Source: an uncultured Chthonomonadaceae bacterium (GTDB lineage Bacteria; Armatimonadota; Chthonomonadetes; Chthonomonadales; Chthonomonadaceae). From it: DNA of 64,000 nucleotides. The notes under the pieces are model-generated. The model ran no database searches and had not been told where the DNA came from. It worked only from the letters and a program-made list of their open reading frames with translations. The position numbers were made by a program, and so were the translations under genes. Location: the NCBI GenBank assembly GCA_963835065.1, contig CAWIEK010000044.1:128001-192000 (forward strand), in the 5' to 3' direction. Positions 46,654 to 58,823 of this stretch are shown piece by piece (position 1 is the first letter of the stretch; every line of letters starts with the position of its first letter).

Positions 46654-48063
46654 TTAATGAGCGTCCAGCAAGGTGAGGCTGCCGGAAACGGCGGTGGTTA
46701 AGGCTTGCTGGCCTGTGCCGTCCACTTTGATGGTGTACAGGCTGTTGGTAGAGTTGCTGGTTGTGGTGGCGTCGAAAATGATCTGGGTTCCGTCCGTACT
46801 GAAGCGCGCGGTTCCAATGGACGGAGCCGCCAATTTCGTGATCTGCGTTGGGCTGGAGCCGTCGGCGTTGATAGTGAAAATATCGTATTTATTGCTGGAC
46901 TGCGCCACGTACACGATTTTGCTGCCGTCCGGGCTATACGTGTACCAGGGCACGACAGTGGGGCCGAATGTGGGAGTTGAAGTCAGTCCGGTTCCGTCCG
47001 CATTTACGAGGTTGTACTGTAACGTCGTGCCGCCGCTCGTCGTGGTTGAGGTAAAGCGAATCTGGCCGGATTTTGTATACGCGGGATTGTCTGCATTGAA
47101 GCCGTTGAAATTTCTCGTGATCTGCGTCATTCCGGTTCCATCCGGCTTGATGGTATAAATCTGGTCGCTGCCCGTTACATCGTAAATAAACACGATGGTT
47201 TTGCCGTCGGAACTGTAGGAGGGCGTTCGGGGCCGCGCCTGCTGATTATCGGGCCGCAAGCCGCCAATGAGAAGTTGCTGTACGCTGCTGCCGTCCGGGG
47301 CCGCGACAACAAGCAAATCTCCCACCGTGGATTGCGTATCATACACCAGGCTTTTGGCGTCCGGGGCAAAGGCGGCGTGTCCGATGCTTTCGCTGCCTTG
47401 TCCGCCCGTTGTGCTGATCGGCAGCGCAGTGGAACTGCCTACACTGGTCGCGTACAGCGTTCCGGCGTTGGACAGGCCGGTGTTGGACAGGAACAGCAGG
47501 GCTGTGGCGCGGTTACTGCCCGTGCCGCCGCCCGTTGTCGTCGTGACAATCGTAGACGCCAGAACCGCGTATACGCCCAGCGTGGCTGCTGTGCCGGACA
47601 CCACTTTGTTGTTGGTATCCAGCGAACTGTCGCTAACCAGCGTCCAAGCTCCGCTCACCACCTCATACAGTTGGAGACTGCTTTCCTGCGCGCCTTTGGG
47701 CAGCGCGCCGCCGTTGTAGCGAATAGAAATACGCGCGGTTCCCGACAGCGTAGCGGCGGAACTGGTGAAACTGTAAGCCGTGCCGGATACCACGCGAACA
47801 TCGGAGGGATACGAGGTCGTCTGCTGCACGGAATACAGCGCGGTGGTGGAGGTCGTGCTGCTGCTGTTGGCCTGTATAAGCAACGTGGCGTTGCCGTTGA
47901 CGATTTCGCCGCCGCCACTGCCGATAGTCTGCGTCACGGCGGGCGTTCCGCCACCGGCGATAGTGCCGCCGCCGCATCCGGCCAGAAACAGCAAAACAGT
48001 CAGGCAAGCCAATGTGCCCATCGCATAGTGAACTAATTTTTTAAACGCTTGGGTTTGACGCAT
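46654..48063 (-). CDS. Lipoprotein with TolB-like (PD40) beta-propeller repeats
   Basis: Lipobox LAGC; repeats YSSDGKTIVF, YSPDGSKIVY, FSTDGTQIIF. Confidence 0.9.
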   Translation of the reverse strand: MRQTQAFKKLVHYAMGTLACLTVLLFLAGCGGGTIAGGGTPAVTQTIGSGGGEIVNGNATLLIQANSSSTTSTTALYSVQQTTSYPSDVRVVSGTAYSFTSSAATLSGTARISIRYNGGALPKGAQESSLQLYEVVSGAWTLVSDSSLDTNNKVVSGTAATLGVYAVLASTIVTTTTGGGTGSNRATALLFLSNTGLSNAGTLYATSVGSSTALPISTTGGQGSESIGHAAFAPDAKSLVYDTQSTVGDLLVVAAPDGSSVQQLLIGGLRPDNQQARPRTPSYSSDGKTIVFIYDVTGSDQIYTIKPDGTGMTQITRNFNGFNADNPAYTKSGQIRFTSTTTSGGTTLQYNLVNADGTGLTSTPTFGPTVVPWYTYSPDGSKIVYVAQSSNKYDIFTINADGSSPTQITKLAAPSIGTARFSTDGTQIIFDATTTSNSTNSLYTIKVDGTGQQALTTAVSGSLTLLDAH

Positions 48064-48150
48064 AGAGAAGATGCTCCTAAAAATGCAGCGCCATTCAAAT
48101 ATGTGCTAGCTCCGCTAACAACATTGCGTCACTGCGAACTTTGCCGTTTC

Positions 48151-48174
48151 GGGCGCAATAAATTGCGCCCCTAC
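48151..48174. repeat. GTAG-type REP
   Basis: Minus strand GTAG-GGGCGCAAT-tt-ATTGCGCCC. Confidence 0.7.
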
Positions 48175-48361
48175 GAACCTTGCTTTGAATGGCTTACTAT
48201 TGAATGGAATAGCAAGTTACACAATAGGTGACTTGCTTCGATATTGACGCGCAATCCGCCCGTTCGTTACCGTTATTTCGGTTCGGGCGTCGCTCCTGTC
48301 GGTTCGTTCTTTTCGTTTGTTTCGCGTATTTAGCGGTTTGTCAAGGCATTGCGCGGTTCGC

Positions 48362-50092
<1,731 letters not shown>

Positions 50093-50250
50093 GCGTTCTT
50101 TCAACTCCCTTGTTGTCCTCTGCATTTTGTGTTGATAAATAAGGGTAACAACAGCAACTTTTCCTGATGATGAGCTGTCATTGAATTGAAACAGGCGGAG
50201 GGTCCTTTTCCCGGATTCGTGAGCAATGCTCCCGTCTGTTGTCCTCTTTA

Positions 50251-51081
50251 TTACTTTGAACCTTCATTTTTGTCCTCGCGTACATCAAAGTGAATTGCCG
50301 CCAGAAGCGCGGCTTGATTTGTCTTCCATGCGGCGTCTGCGCTTTGGGATGGCAATTCCAGTGTGACGATGCCGATGTTTAGCTGCTTGCCGCAGTAGTT
50401 GCCGAAACTGCCGGGTGTGGGGTAGCCGGTTGTTTCGGCGATTTTGTACCCGTTTTCATTGCGCATTACTTGCGCCATGCGCAGGCCACTGTTGGCTGTC
50501 CAGACAAGTTCGTGAAACGGCGAATGGAGGCTGATGACTTTAGATGGCTTGTATTTCGACAAAAGGCGCATCATTGCCTGCGTTTCCGGCTCCGAAGCCG
50601 GCTTGGGGCCGGGATTGGTATTTTTCGAGGCCGCTTTCGCCTGCCAGTGGAACGGAAAATTGCGGTTCAAATCCACGCCATGCGCGTTTGTTCGCGTATT
50701 CGCGTACCAGCCGTCCGGGTTGGCGCAGGGCACAAGGACGACTTTGCAGTTTTCCAGCGCTTCCGCATGGTTCTTCAGATACGTCCGCAATCGCTGCACC
50801 ACGCCTACGCTACTTCGCTCGTTGCCGTGAAATGCGCCGAAAATGCAGGTCACATTGCCGCCATTTCCCATAATATACGCCGTCAGCGGCCTGCCCTGAA
50901 CCGATTTGCCGTATACCTCTTTCGTTTCCGAGACTGCTTTGTGCTGCGCCTGCGCTCCTGCCGGACACGCCACGCAAAGCAACGCCGGCACAAACAACTC
51001 TATACCTCGATAGCGATTAGCATTGTTTAACAACGTCGTGCCATTTTCTGCAACAGGGCGGTAACGCGAAACTGAATTCAA
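50251..51081 (-). CDS. M14 zinc carboxypeptidase, MpaA-like murein peptide amidase
   Basis: [35 protein letters not shown]; start uncertain. Confidence 0.88.
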   Translation of the reverse strand: MNSVSRYRPVAENGTTLLNNANRYRGIELFVPALLCVACPAGAQAQHKAVSETKEVYGKSVQGRPLTAYIMGNGGNVTCIFGAFHGNERSSVGVVQRLRTYLKNHAEALENCKVVLVPCANPDGWYANTRTNAHGVDLNRNFPFHWQAKAASKNTNPGPKPASEPETQAMMRLLSKYKPSKVISLHSPFHELVWTANSGLRMAQVMRNENGYKIAETTGYPTPGSFGNYCGKQLNIGIVTLELPSQSADAAWKTNQAALLAAIHFDVREDKNEGSK

Positions 51082-52709
51082 CGCGCCGCATTGGTTTGTA
51101 CGCTGACGGTAGTTCCATTCGCTGCCGTCGGCTTGAGTTCAAACACGAACGGCTTGCCCTGATTGCCATAGCGGTCTACGAGCGACAGGGCCACCATGTC
51201 CACGTTCAGCGCGTTGCCGGCGGAATTGATGGTCAGGCCGCCCTGCTTGCCGGGCAGAATTTGCGTTTTCCAGGTTCCCGCCTGCCGCGTCTGCACCACC
51301 CATTGCGCGGGGGTATCGGACTGCGGCGCGCTCCACGCCAGTTTGACGTCGTTTGTGTTGGGGTCAATTTGTATCAGCGTCAGGGGCTGACCGGGCTGCT
51401 TGTTGCTTAACCAGGGCGACGCGGGAATCAGGGCAGGCGACTGGTAAACGGTCTGCATCAGCCGTTCATCCAATCCCTTACGGTCGTGCAGCAAAACTTC
51501 CATGCTGAAATGCACGTTGCCTGTCGCTCCCAGCTGACTGCGCGTGGCTTGTACCTGATTGACAACTTCGTCCACGCTGTACGATTTTGTGCCTCCATCC
51601 GCCACCCGGCTGGTATAATTGCCCGCCCAGATGTGCCGCCCCTTGACGTTCTGCTCCGTCCACCATTTCAGCAAAACCGGGTAGCTTTGCGGGGTTTGGG
51701 CAATCGGCCAGTACAACTGCGGCGCCAGGTAATCGCACCAGCCTTCGCGCAGCCATTTTTGCGAATCGCAGTAGATTTCCTGATACGCATCGAAGCCTTT
51801 AATCTGCGCAGGCTGGCCGGGACGGTAAATGCCGAACGGACTGATGCCCACCTTCACCCAGGGCTTTTCCGCCTTGACGCTGCTGTACACCTTCTGGATA
51901 AACTGGTTGACGTTTTCGCGCCGCCAATCGTCCCGCCCCAGCGTTCCGCCCCCCGTTGTGTACTTTTTATAACTGGCGTCGTCGGGAAACGGGATTTCCT
52001 TTTTGTTCTTGTCGTTTTCGCGGTAAGGATAAAAGTAATCGTCCACATGGATGCCGTCCACGTCGTAGCGCTTCACGATGTCCATGATGACACTCCGCGA
52101 CCATTCCTGCGTATCCGGTTCGCCCGGATCGAGCCACAGGTGCGTTCCGTATTTGCGCACAATACCGGGCTGCGTTTTGCTGATGTGGTTGGGCGCCGTG
52201 GATTTGGAGGAGGGATGGCGGGCGCGATAGGGATTGATCCAGGCGTGGAGTTCCATGCCGCGCTTGTGCGCCTCGTCAATGGCAAAGGCAAGCGGGTCAT
52301 AATAGGGTTCGGGCGCTTGGCCCTGCGTTCCCGTGAGGTATTCTGACCAGGGTTCCAGTTGTGAATCGTACAGCGCATCGCACGTGGGCCGCACCTGAAA
52401 CACAACGGCGTTCAGATGCAATTGCGCCGCCTTGTCCATAATGGCGACAAGTTCGGCTTTTTGCTTGTCCGTCGGCAGGCCACGCTTGGAAGGCCAGTCA
52501 ATGTTTTCCACCGTCGCCACCCACACGCCCCGAAACTCCCGACTGACAGCAGGAACCACATCTCCCTGCGCCACCGTTACATTCCGGTTCGCCGCGCCCA
52601 CCGTTTTGACGCCGCCCGTCTTCTTGCCCGCCTGCCCTTTATCCGCCATCACGCCCGACACAATCGCCAGCGACAGCAGCGCCCACGCGCCCATCATTCC
52701 AAAACGCAT
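51078..52709 (-). CDS. Glycosyl hydrolase-like 10 family protein (YddW/DigH-like)
   Basis: EFRGVWVATV.NIDWPS, HAWINPYR, YDVDGIHVDDYFYP, PQLYW; signal peptide. Confidence 0.93.
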   Translation of the reverse strand: MRFGMMGAWALLSLAIVSGVMADKGQAGKKTGGVKTVGAANRNVTVAQGDVVPAVSREFRGVWVATVENIDWPSKRGLPTDKQKAELVAIMDKAAQLHLNAVVFQVRPTCDALYDSQLEPWSEYLTGTQGQAPEPYYDPLAFAIDEAHKRGMELHAWINPYRARHPSSKSTAPNHISKTQPGIVRKYGTHLWLDPGEPDTQEWSRSVIMDIVKRYDVDGIHVDDYFYPYRENDKNKKEIPFPDDASYKKYTTGGGTLGRDDWRRENVNQFIQKVYSSVKAEKPWVKVGISPFGIYRPGQPAQIKGFDAYQEIYCDSQKWLREGWCDYLAPQLYWPIAQTPQSYPVLLKWWTEQNVKGRHIWAGNYTSRVADGGTKSYSVDEVVNQVQATRSQLGATGNVHFSMEVLLHDRKGLDERLMQTVYQSPALIPASPWLSNKQPGQPLTLIQIDPNTNDVKLAWSAPQSDTPAQWVVQTRQAGTWKTQILPGKQGGLTINSAGNALNVDMVALSLVDRYGNQGKPFVFELKPTAANGTTVSVQTNAAR

Positions 52710-52744
52710 TTTTCTTTGTACTGCCTTTCGTTCTGTGGTCTTCT

Positions 52745-52881
52745 TTGTCTTGAACCATGATTAAGCATGATCAGGCTGATTAACATGATTTTAGGGAGTG
52801 AGATTATGCGGCGGACGAGAGCGTGAGCTGCACAGCATCATGACAATCATCAAAATCATGCCTAATCATGGTTCAAGACAA
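52745..52881. repeat. Inverted 9/10-mer element (CATGATT family)
   Basis: Perfect 19-bp termini TTGTCTTGAACCATGATTA / TAATCATGGTTCAAGACAA followed by degenerate units. Confidence 0.85.
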
Positions 52882-53139
52882 TCACTGTTGAGAATTGGCG
52901 CGCAGTAACTCGTGGCGTTCTTCTTCCAGCGTTTCCCGTCCGGCGGATGCCCGCAGCAAGTCATGGGAAATATCAGGGCTGGCTTCCGAACCGCGCAAAA
53001 GGGATTACGCAAGCGTCTTTTCCTGTACTCGTGCTTCCAGAAACGCAACACACCGGTTTTTCATAGGTTTTACAAGCCGATCTCCGGGGAATTTATTCCA
53101 CGGCATTTACTCACCGCGCTTACATAAACGGTATTGTTC

Positions 53140-54228
53140 TCACAACCCACATTCGCGCAATGCGGCAATGACGTTATCTCGATGTGCCATGTTCTGCGCA
53201 CGAATAGTGACATGCCCAATTTTTCGTCCTGCACGGGGGGCTTTGCCGTACAGGTGCAGATGCGCGTGTTCTGTTTCCAGTATTTTGCGCGTGTCGGGCA
53301 GTTCTCCAATGATGTTGAGCATGGCGGAAACGCCCCTGTGAGACGTAGAACCCAGCGGCAAGCCGGCCATTGCTCGGATATGATTTTCAAATTGGCTGCA
53401 CTCTGCCCCCTCAATGGTCCAATGCCCGGAATTGTGAACGCGCGGGGCCATTTCGTTGGCAATGAGTTGATCGCCCTGCTGAAAAAACTCAATTGCAAGG
53501 ACACCAACATAGTTCAAGGTTTCCAGTACGCGCAAGGCGTGAGTTTCCGCCTGTATCTGCAGCGCATCTGAGTGATTCGGCGCGGGACATAGCGACAGGC
53601 GTAGTATTCCCTCCCTGTGATGGTTTTCCACGAGAGGATAAAACGCCGTTCCGCCCGCTCTGCCGCGAACCGCCAGTATGGATAGTTCTCTGTCGAAGAG
53701 TATAAACCCTTCCAAAATCAATTCCTGCCCGTTCAATTCCTGCCAGGCATTCTCCACATCCTCTGATGTTTTCAGTACAAATTGCCCCTTGCCGTCGTAG
53801 CCCATCCGCCGCGTTTTCAGCAGGGCAGGCAGTCCAATCTGCGCAATGGCATTTGCCAGTTCCTCCCGGCTGCCGACGGGCGCAAACGGCGCGGTGGGAA
53901 CATCCAAACTTTGCAAAAACGTTTTTTCAACAAGCCTGTCCTGCGACTTTTCCAGGGCTGCCGGTGGCGGAAACACTGGTACGCGGGCTTGCAGCCATGC
54001 CGCCGACGCTTGCGGCACGTTCTCAAACTCATACGTGACCACCTCCACGCCCTCTACAAACCGCGCCAGGGCGTTCGTATCCTCATACTCCGCCACAATA
54101 TGTTCTGCAACAAGCGCGGCACACGCCTCCGATGACGGGTCCAAAACCCGAAACTCCAGCCCCAACGGAATGCCCGCCAAACACAGCATCCGCGCCAACT
54201 GCCCCCCGCCCAGTATGCCAATCTTCAT
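53140..54228 (-). CDS. purK: N5-carboxyaminoimidazole ribonucleotide synthase
   Basis: GGGQLARM, TYEFENV, GYDGKGQ, NEMAPRVHNSGH, RKIGH. Confidence 0.97.
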   Translation of the reverse strand: MKIGILGGGQLARMLCLAGIPLGLEFRVLDPSSEACAALVAEHIVAEYEDTNALARFVEGVEVVTYEFENVPQASAAWLQARVPVFPPPAALEKSQDRLVEKTFLQSLDVPTAPFAPVGSREELANAIAQIGLPALLKTRRMGYDGKGQFVLKTSEDVENAWQELNGQELILEGFILFDRELSILAVRGRAGGTAFYPLVENHHREGILRLSLCPAPNHSDALQIQAETHALRVLETLNYVGVLAIEFFQQGDQLIANEMAPRVHNSGHWTIEGAECSQFENHIRAMAGLPLGSTSHRGVSAMLNIIGELPDTRKILETEHAHLHLYGKAPRAGRKIGHVTIRAQNMAHRDNVIAALRECGL

Positions 54229-54252
54229 CACGCTACCTCATTAGGAGAACTA

Positions 54253-54607
54253 ACCACCCGCTGCGCTAGAGACACAGAGACACAGAGAGGGAACACAGAG
54301 AAAGAAAAGAAGAGGAGAGAAGGAACCGCGAAACACACGAAATAAACGAAAAAAGACCAAAAGAAGAAAGAAGAAAGAACATGGGCAAATCCGAAGACGC
54401 CGCGCATGTTTAGAACAAGCAGGCTTCTCTTCTCTAGTTTGTAATCCTGTTTAATCCTTCTAATCCCATTAATCCCGTCTATTTCTTTTGTCTTTCCTTT
54501 TTTCGTCTTGGTTCGTGTGTTTCGCGGTTCCCTATCTCCCCTCTTTTCTTCTTTTCTTCCTCTGTGTTCCCTCTCTGTGCCTCTGTGTCTCTAGCGCAGC
54601 GGGTGGT
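54253..54607. repeat. Nested long inverted-repeat element (ACACAGAG > ACACACGAA > AATCC units)
   Basis: Perfect 27-bp termini; imperfect arms of about 110-125 bp. Confidence 0.9.
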
Positions 54608-54617
54608 GAACTTTTCC

Positions 54618-55115
54618 TCAGTCTTCTTCCGGGTTCGGGTGTTCCAGCACGGTTTGGGTCTGCTGTTCGCGGTAGTGGCGCAGGGCGTCACGGAATGGCG
54701 CGTATTTGCAGCCCAAAATGGCCGCCGCAAGCAGGGCGGCGTTGATGGCTCCGGCGCGTCCGATGGCAAGCGTTCCGACCGGAATCCCGGCGGGCATTTG
54801 CGCGATGGACAGCAGCGAGTCCATGCCGTTGAGCGCTTTGGATTGCACGGGTACGCCAAGCACGGGGAGGATAGTTTTTGCCGCCGCCATGCCGGGCAGA
54901 TGCGCCGCGCCGCCCGCGCCCGCGATAATTACTTCCAGGCCACGCGCTTCCGCTTCCTCCGCATAGGTGAACAGCAGGTCCGGCGTTCGGTGCGCCGATA
55001 CCACGCGAGTTTCAAACGGGATACCCAATTTGCTCAGGGTTTCCGCCGTATGCTGCATGGTTTCCCAATCCGATTTCGACCCCATAATCAACCCGACCAG
55101 TGGCGGCGTTGTCAC
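54618..55115 (-). CDS. purE: N5-carboxyaminoimidazole ribonucleotide mutase
   Basis: [32 protein letters not shown]. Confidence 0.98.
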   Translation of the reverse strand: MTTPPLVGLIMGSKSDWETMQHTAETLSKLGIPFETRVVSAHRTPDLLFTYAEEAEARGLEVIIAGAGGAAHLPGMAAAKTILPVLGVPVQSKALNGMDSLLSIAQMPAGIPVGTLAIGRAGAINAALLAAAILGCKYAPFRDALRHYREQQTQTVLEHPNPEED

Positions 55116-55301
55116 ATTCGACTCCCTTGCGCAGCGTTATTCGTGTCAAGGAGTATAGCACACGCCCGCCTGCCTTGTCCTCCCCTCCTTATCCTCTCCT
55201 GACTTATCCCTTTTTATCCCTTCCTCCTATCACTTGTTCGGAACCTTTTCGGCGTTTGCGCGTTGCTTAAAGAACGACTTTACGTTTGAAGGAGCAATGT
55301 T

Positions 55302-55679
55302 ATGGCAGTCGAAAATTTCGATACCTATGTGTTTGAAAACGGATTGTTTGCGCCGTTCGCGCAGGCGGCGCAGGACATGCTGCAGTGGACAGATCATCTG
55401 GCGCAGCAGGGCTACGCTTCGCAGGAACAGGTTTGGGGGCAGTATCCCGACGTGTACATCAAGGTGTATGAAGCCAAACCCGGTTCCGCAACCGCGTTCC
55501 AGTATGCCGCGATCCTCAATCTGGTGCGCTTTCCGCACCACGTTTATATCCGCGACATCAACGGCTTACTCCAACTGCTGCACCAACTGCTGCCCCTCTT
55601 TGCCCTGCACAGCCGTCCCGAACAGGACACCGGCGAGGCGTTATTCGGCACACAGGGCGCGGATGAACAAGATGCGTAG
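55302..55679 (+). CDS. Hypothetical protein
   Basis: GAAGGAG RBS; host-like codon usage. Confidence 0.75.
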   Translation: MAVENFDTYVFENGLFAPFAQAAQDMLQWTDHLAQQGYASQEQVWGQYPDVYIKVYEAKPGSATAFQYAAILNLVRFPHHVYIRDINGLLQLLHQLLPLFALHSRPEQDTGEALFGTQGADEQDA

Positions 55680-55683
55680 GGTT

Positions 55684-55862
55684 TCAGGGAAGACCAGAAG
55701 CGCAGGACGCAACAGCAGTTGGAAACATTGCTATTGCAAGGTCTGGAAAGCGGAACACCGGTAGAAGTAACGAACGAGTGTATTCAGCAGAAACGGGCGG
55801 CGCTGCTGGCGCGTATGGAACAGGAAGGCAAGCAGGGCGACTGAAGGTGTCAAGTTGCTGCC
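55684..55862 (+). pseudogene. Remnant of parD (3' half) plus the first codons of parE
   Basis: Gap-free 179-bp homologue of 58663-58841; reads REDQKRRTQQQLETLLLQGLESGTP.. Confidence 0.85.
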
Positions 55863-55897
55863 TTGCTTTTGAGAAGTGGCGCAAGAAAAATACGCTG

Positions 55898-56317
55898 CTA
55901 CGGTTCTCGCATCAGGACGCGAAAACCTGCCTGCTTGAAATGCTTATCCGTTGTCAGCGCGTCTGTAATGCCGCGCTCCTGCATCACGACAAAAGATAAG
56001 CAGTCTACCAATCCCCACTCTGTGTCAGGGCGTGTTCGATACAGGTGAAATGCGCGGGCGTATAGTTCCTCCGACATCGGCACAATTTCAACGAGCGGAT
56101 CAACTTCCAGCGTTTGGAGCAGGTTAATGGCAACAGCGCGGTTACGCTGACGCGACAAGGCGTTGCCAATTTCAAGCAACACTGCGCGAGTCGTGATCAG
56201 GGGTGTACTGTTCTGCTTTATCTGTGCTGCTACTTCAACAGCCTTAGCATGAAACTCATCCGCCGTTATTGAAGCGGCAACCGCAAACGCCGTATCCAGA
56301 AAAACTCTATTCGTCAT
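55898..56317 (-). CDS. vapC: VapC (PIN domain) toxin
   Basis: VFLDT, LLEIGN, WGLVDCLSFVVM, LTTDKHFKQAGF. Confidence 0.93.
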   Translation of the reverse strand: MTNRVFLDTAFAVAASITADEFHAKAVEVAAQIKQNSTPLITTRAVLLEIGNALSRQRNRAVAINLLQTLEVDPLVEIVPMSEELYARAFHLYRTRPDTEWGLVDCLSFVVMQERGITDALTTDKHFKQAGFRVLMREP

Positions 56318-56573
56318 GCGCCGTTTCCTGCACTTTCTCGACGCCGTACAGATAGTGGTCAATGTTTGCCGAATAATCAGACGGGAACCCTTCCAGATTG
56401 GCCGCTAAAGCAGCGTCCAGAAAGGAATGGGGCTTGCCTGTTTTGCCCAACTGTGGGTCGGCTTCAGGCAGCGACTCTATGATGATGCGAATGCGCGTGT
56501 TCGCTTCCAGTTGTACCGGTTCGTTCGGATGAATTACGGAACCGTCGTAAACGGCTTCAAGTGTTTGTGTCAT
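56307..56573 (-). CDS. vapB: Antitoxin (AF2212/DUF104-like)
   Basis: TLEAVYDGSVIHP..DYSANIDHYLYG; overlaps vapC; GGAGG RBS. Confidence 0.88.
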   Translation of the reverse strand: MTQTLEAVYDGSVIHPNEPVQLEANTRIRIIIESLPEADPQLGKTGKPHSFLDAALAANLEGFPSDYSANIDHYLYGVEKVQETAHDE

Positions 56574-56635
56574 GGTATTTCCTCCATTCTCATTGTAACA
56601 TAGCCGTCAAGATTTTCACCAGTCCTCAGCAAAAT

Positions 56636-56922
56636 AACCCGCCGTCCGGCATCGTGACCGAACGGCGGGTTGCTGTGTGTCGGACAAACGGGAACAGGCG
56701 TTACGCGATCAGGTCGCGTATGGGTGTTCCTTTTTCGGTAATGGAAATGGGACGGCCTACCGGAGTCATGAACGACTTGGCGGGGTTCATGCCAAGCAGG
56801 GTGGCGACGGTGGCGAAGAAGTCGGCGGTTTGTACCGGCTTGTCGGCTACTTTTGTGCCGTCCGCGTCCGTTGCGCCGTATGCCTGTCCGCCCCGAACGC
56901 CGCCGCCCGCCAAAACCGCGCT
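56636..56922 (-). pseudogene. Displaced 3' end of the DUF1501 gene plus its terminator (direct repeat of 59209-59493)
   Basis: The 222-nt coding part differs from 59272-59493 at 10 positions; hairpin AACCCGCCG...CGGCGGGTT is present in both copies. Confidence 0.92.
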
Positions 56923-57038
56923 ATCCTGTGGCTTCGATTGACTCCAACGAACGTTCAGGGTATAAGGGTAGCCAAAGTGAAACTACTTTGGCGAAGATCG
57001 GCTTTACGACCCTCCTGCTTCTGCCTGCAAGTTGACGC

Positions 57039-58166
57039 CTACATCTGGCTGCGTCGTATGATATAGTCTCTAATGTATGGTTCCTGTAATGCCTTGTTGT
57101 TAGGCTCCAAGTCGAACGCCCTGCCAAATGCTTGAAGAGCATCTGTAGGACTGCCTATGCGATGATAGATTTCGCCGAGTTTTATGTAAGGCAAAGCCCA
57201 ACCCGAACTGTAATTCACCGCAATCTTGTAGGCGTTGATGGCCGAGCTAAAACGACCTTGTTTGCAGCGTATTCTTCCCATGATTGCCCATGCTGTAGAA
57301 GAATTTGGTTCCAATCGCAATGCTGTTGCAAGCGCATCTAAAGCGCTATCTACTCTGCCCATCAGTTCAAAGTGACCTGCGATACGCAGGTAGGATGGCA
57401 CGTACTCTGGATCAGCTTTCACAGCAGTCAAGTAAGCATCAAAGGCTCTGTCATCCAATTCTAAGTTTGAGTAGGCGTCACCGAGGCCAACCCATGCTTC
57501 TCCATTATTGGGGTTTATTGTGACAACTCTCTGATAGCATTTGATAGCGTCTCCAAAGCGGAACTGTTGGCAGAATACATCTCCCAAATTGCAGTAAGCA
57601 ACTTCACATTCCGGGGCAATCTCAATAGCTTTTTGGTAGCATCTCACTGCGTCTTTTAAGCGGGACTGTTGCCAGCACACATCCCCTAAACCACAGAAAA
57701 CAAATGGGTCATTGGGATCAACGCGCATGGCGTGCTTGTACGATGCAATAGCTTCATCGTACCGCTTCAGTCTTTGAAGCACGGAACCCATCCAGTAATG
57801 TGCGTGTGGGTGATCAGGGTTCAAATTCACGGCTTTCGTAAACGCTTCGACCGCTTCTCGGAAACTTCCTTGTTTACGATAACGTTGCCCGATGTTGTAG
57901 TAGGTTTCTGCGTCGTACGATGGAGTTGATTGTTGTTTCGCAGCTTTTGGCTGCTGGTAAGTGGATTGAGATAGATGTTGCTGAATAAGCGCATAAGCCT
58001 CATTGACCTCCTTCATCTTCTCCTGCGCTTTTTCACACAAACGTGGAGAATTCTGAAAACGATCAGGATGCCAAATTTGAGCCATGTCCCTATAAGCTAT
58101 CTTGACATCAGCGAGCAAGGAACCATTAGGAAGTTCTAGTATCTTGTAGCAGTCTTCTATCCTCAT
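57039..58166 (-). CDS. J-domain (DnaJ) + TPR repeat protein
   Basis: YKILEL..WHPDRF..NEAY; multiple TPRs; GGAGG RBS; lower GC. Confidence 0.92.
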   Translation of the reverse strand: MRIEDCYKILELPNGSLLADVKIAYRDMAQIWHPDRFQNSPRLCEKAQEKMKEVNEAYALIQQHLSQSTYQQPKAAKQQSTPSYDAETYYNIGQRYRKQGSFREAVEAFTKAVNLNPDHPHAHYWMGSVLQRLKRYDEAIASYKHAMRVDPNDPFVFCGLGDVCWQQSRLKDAVRCYQKAIEIAPECEVAYCNLGDVFCQQFRFGDAIKCYQRVVTINPNNGEAWVGLGDAYSNLELDDRAFDAYLTAVKADPEYVPSYLRIAGHFELMGRVDSALDALATALRLEPNSSTAWAIMGRIRCKQGRFSSAINAYKIAVNYSSGWALPYIKLGEIYHRIGSPTDALQAFGRAFDLEPNNKALQEPYIRDYIIRRSQM

Positions 58167-58556
58167 GAGAGTTCCTCCGTCCGTCAATACTTCGCAGAGC
58201 CTCTTTGTCGGCAGATTTCGCGCCATGTGCTGTCGTTCACAGACGAAAAGTTGCTGCCCCGCACCTGACAAATGCGTCGCCAGCAACAATCATTTACCAG
58301 ATAACTGCTCGCAATCGAATCAGATTGAATCATCCGCAATATTTCAGCGTCAGACTTTGCGCATAAACACATAATATCCTCCTGTCAGATGGACAACGTT
58401 CGTAAGATGATTAAATATCTGTAGCTCATCTTCCTTCATCAAGGGACTGAAGACTCAAAACTTTACAGTCTTTTCCTTTTCCACGTAAGAGAAACCACAA
58501 AAATTGTGAATTCTGTGTTATAATTGGTGGATTATAGACGTGGAGGGAGAACTGCA

Positions 58557-58823
58557 ATGGCCGTGTTGAACATCTCTTTGCCGGAGAAGATGAAAGATTA
58601 CGTTGAGGAGAGGCTGACTGAGGGAAGCTACAGCAGCACCAGCGAGTTCTTCCGTGATCTAATCAGGGAAGACCAGAAGCGCAGGGCGCAACAGCATCTG
58701 GAAGCGTTATTGCTGCAAGGGCTGGAAAGCGGAACGCCTATAGAAGTGACGGACGAGTATATTCAGCAAAAGCGGGCTGCATTGCTGGCGCGTATGGAAA
58801 AGGAAGGCAAGCGTGGCGGCTAA
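58557..58823 (+). CDS. parD: ParD family (RHH) antitoxin
   Basis: LNISLPE..YSSTSEFFRDLIRED..LLLQGLESG. Confidence 0.92.
   Translation: MAVLNISLPEKMKDYVEERLTEGSYSSTSEFFRDLIREDQKRRAQQHLEALLLQGLESGTPIEVTDEYIQQKRAALLARMEKEGKRGG

Noticed and set aside
52882..53064. Possible small gene remnant (MKNR...LA*SLLRG...ANSQQ) downstream of purK
   Set aside because: Short, interrupted, and not assignable to a family from sequence alone.
58290..58460. Possible DUF2726-like remnant (PLMKEDELQIFNHL..YYVF) on the minus strand
   Set aside because: About 30 codons followed by several stops; too weak without a profile search.
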